Below, piece by piece: positions 25,003 through 27,097 of a stretch of 27,097 bases of DNA. Below the pieces are notes generated by a model. The model was not told where the DNA came from, made no database searches, and saw nothing but the letters and a program-made list of their open reading frames with translations. The position numbers were made by a program, and so were the translations under genes. Every line of letters starts with the position of its first letter. Position 1 is the first letter of the stretch. The DNA comes from a virus (lineage: Duplodnaviria; Caudoviricetes), in IMG/VR virus record IMGVR_UViG_3300029825_000766, positions 1-27,097 of that record. One strand, 5' to 3'.

Positions 25003-25018
25003 GAGTATTCTGTAATAT
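24990..25018 (+). promoter_or_regulatory. SigA-type promoter for the membrane-protein moron
   Basis: TTGCAA (24990-24995), 17 bp, TAATAT (25013-25018). Confidence 0.6.
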
Positions 25019-25051
25019 TAAGATAAATATATATTCCTAGGGGGCATTGGT

Positions 25052-25744
25052 ATGGGCTTATATGGTTCGCCAGATTTATCTAATGATTATGATACAAACG
25101 ATAATAAAAACAGCAAACCATCCAAGAAAAAGATGAGTTTTCCATTTATATTACTTATACTTGATATACTAATATTGTTACTTGTTGGTTTTAGTATAGA
25201 TAATATATTAACAGCTTTATTACTGGATTGCATAATTATATTTTTGTATTCCACAATAAAACTTATTTTTGATATAATTAAAAAAAGAAATTTTAAGAAT
25301 CATACCTTAGCTATGGTTACATCTTTTATTATGTTTTTTATATTTTGTGCAGTATTAGGAAGCTTGCAACCTAATGATTTGGAAACATTAGAACAAACAA
25401 CTAATAAGGAATCGTATATAGCAGCTGCAAATACTTACGAATATAAAGAATTGGCAAGAAATCCTGAAGAATATAAAGGGAAAATAGCTGTTTTTAAGGG
25501 AAAGGTTATACAAGTTTCTGAAGGATCTTCAAATACAATAATATACAGAGTTGCAACTAAGGATGAAATAGAGGATATAATCTATGTGACATATAAAAGA
25601 CCAAAGGGAGAGGCCAGAGTACTGGAAGATGATATTGTAACTATCTATGGAGAACTTGGCGGCGTAACAACATATCAAAGTGTGATGGGAGGGAATATAA
25701 CTATCCCCTCTGTTAAGGCAAGATATATAATTATAAATCAATAA
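25052..25744 (+). CDS. Membrane protein with a TcdC-like C-terminal OB-fold domain (moron)
   Basis: About three hydrophobic helices, then YKELARNPEEYKG, FKGKVIQV, RVLEDDIVTIYG, TYQSVMGGNITIP, which resemble my recollection of the C. difficile TcdC C-terminal domain. Confidence 0.75.
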   Translation: MGLYGSPDLSNDYDTNDNKNSKPSKKKMSFPFILLILDILILLLVGFSIDNILTALLLDCIIIFLYSTIKLIFDIIKKRNFKNHTLAMVTSFIMFFIFCAVLGSLQPNDLETLEQTTNKESYIAAANTYEYKELARNPEEYKGKIAVFKGKVIQVSEGSSNTIIYRVATKDEIEDIIYVTYKRPKGEARVLEDDIVTIYGELGGVTTYQSVMGGNITIPSVKARYIIINQ

Positions 25745-25748
25745 TATG

Positions 25749-25778
25749 AAGCACTTACTCAATAGTAGGTGCTTTTTT
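25749..25778 (+). terminator. Intrinsic terminator closing the moron
   Basis: AAGCACTTACT-caat-AGTAGGTGCTT then TTTT. Confidence 0.8.
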
Positions 25779-25801
25779 AATGCCAAAAGGCAGGTGAGAA
25801 A

Positions 25802-27097
25802 ATGGCAAAGAGCAATTTTATAGTTCGTGGTGGTGCGGATTTTTCGGGCATCAAAACCGAAATGGATAAGACCCAAAAACAATTTAAAGGTTTCCAATCG
25901 GCTTTTAGCACTGGTTTAAAAACATTAGGCAAATTAGCAGGAATAACATTAGGTGCAAAAGCGCTTGTGGACTTTGGAAAGGCAGCTATAAAAGTTTCTT
26001 CAGATTTAGAGGAGATTCAAAACGTAACCGATACTGTGTTTGGTAGCATGGCGAGAGATGTAGATAAGTTTTCTAAAACCCTGATAGAAAGTCACGGTAT
26101 AGGAGAACTAAGTGCTAAAAAATACGCGTCTTATATGGGAGCAATGCTAAAGAGTTCAGGAATACAAGGCGATGCAGTAAGACAAATGTCTAAAGACTTG
26201 ACACTTTTAACAGCTGATATGGCATCTTTCTACAACTTAGGCACAGAAGAAATGTTTCAGAAACTAATGTCTGGTATGAGTGGGGCAACAATGCCACTTA
26301 AACAATTAGGTATTAACATGAATATAGCTAATCTAGAAGCCTTTGCAATGTCTCAAGGAATAAGAAAATCCTGGCAAGAAATGTCTCAAGCCGAACAGGT
26401 AATGTTAAGGTATCAGTACCTAATGGCAGTTACAGGGGATGCTCAAGGCGACTTTGCTAGAAACAACTGGAACTGGGCACATAGTGTTAAGATTCTAGGT
26501 GAAAAATGGCAAGAGTTTATGGGCATAGTTGGAAAGGGGCTTCAAGTAGTTATACTACCCCTAGTTAAAGGATTAATAAAAGTTTTAGATTTACTAATCA
26601 AAATTGCAACAGCCGTAGAAAAGGTATTCGTAATGATAACTGGTAAAAAGGTAGATGTCGAGCCTAGACAAGTAGGCATTGTAGACGATTACGCAGGTGT
26701 AATGGATGATTTAGGAGGTTTTTCTGATGATGCTGCTAAAGGTCAAAAAGATTTAGGCAAAGGAATTAAAGATGCTGCCAAAGCAGCTAAAGGTGCATTA
26801 GCTCCATTTGATGAACTAAATATATTGCAACAAAGTTTAGCTGATGCTGGAGCAGGCGTAGGGAAAAGTCCTCTTGATGGAATAAATTTTAATAACAACT
26901 TTAAAGTAGATCCTGTAGGAGATAGTTTGGCAGATGGATTTAAAAAGGCTCAAAAGGAAGGGAATAAATTCTTTATATGGTTTGGTGACAAATGGAATGG
27001 GCTCAAGGAGCTAGTAGCTATACCAATAACGGTAGCTGCACCAGTATTCCCGATTATACCAAGTCCTGTGTACAATCCCAATTGGGGTTTAGATGTA
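25802..27097 (+). CDS. Tape measure protein (5' part, runs off the window)
   Basis: ATG after AGGCAGGTG; MAKSNFIVRGGADFS...SSDLEEIQNV...ADMASFYN...PLKQLGINM...AQGDFAR; Ala/Gly-rich and helical; expected position. Confidence 0.9.
   Translation, partial: MAKSNFIVRGGADFSGIKTEMDKTQKQFKGFQSAFSTGLKTLGKLAGITLGAKALVDFGKAAIKVSSDLEEIQNVTDTVFGSMARDVDKFSKTLIESHGIGELSAKKYASYMGAMLKSSGIQGDAVRQMSKDLTLLTADMASFYNLGTEEMFQKLMSGMSGATMPLKQLGINMNIANLEAFAMSQGIRKSWQEMSQAEQVMLRYQYLMAVTGDAQGDFARNNWNWAHSVKILGEKWQEFMGIVGKGLQVVILPLVKGLIKVLDLLIKIATAVEKVFVMITGKKVDVEPRQVGIVDDYAGVMDDLGGFSDDAAKGQKDLGKGIKDAAKAAKGALAPFDELNILQQSLADAGAGVGKSPLDGINFNNNFKVDPVGDSLADGFKKAQKEGNKFFIWFGDKWNGLKELVAIPITVAAPVFPIIPSPVYNPNWGLDV

Larger units (their letters stand above)
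1..27097. mobile_element. Temperate siphovirus-type prophage (partial: integrase to tape measure)
   Basis: Canonical module order lysogeny-replication-late regulator-packaging-head-tail; AT-rich with strong GGAGG RBSs. Confidence 0.97.

Noticed and set aside
6793-25897. Numerous minus-strand ORFs in the track opposite replication and structural genes
   Set aside because: All overlap clearly identifiable plus-strand genes and lack RBS or motifs

Overview
An AT-rich window covering roughly the left half of a temperate, HK97-fold, long-tailed (siphovirus-type) prophage, most likely from a Clostridium-type Firmicute. It begins exactly at the integrase stop codon, so attL is outside the window, and ends inside the tape measure gene. 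Gene order: (1) lysogeny module with tyrosine integrase, ImmA-type metallopeptidase, XRE repressor and a divergent switch carrying six operator-like ACT-N3-AGT sites, then Cro-like protein, ORF6N antirepressor and excisionase; (2) small accessory ORFs, including a reverse-strand moron and a candidate antisense sRNA/small-protein pair; (3) replication module with a phage-borne beta-clamp homologue, Cas4-like DUF2800 nuclease, DUF2815 SSB, family A polymerase, primase/VirE helicase, an iteron-rich origin candidate, VRR-NUC and SNF2; (4) RinA/ArpU-type late regulator; (5) HNH, candidate cos, TerS/TerL, portal, protease, capsid, neck and tail genes, with a clear -1 frameshift signal in the tail chaperone; (6) a self-contained moron encoding a membrane protein whose C-terminal domain resembles C. 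difficile TcdC. All family assignments come from motif recognition and synteny; no searches were run.
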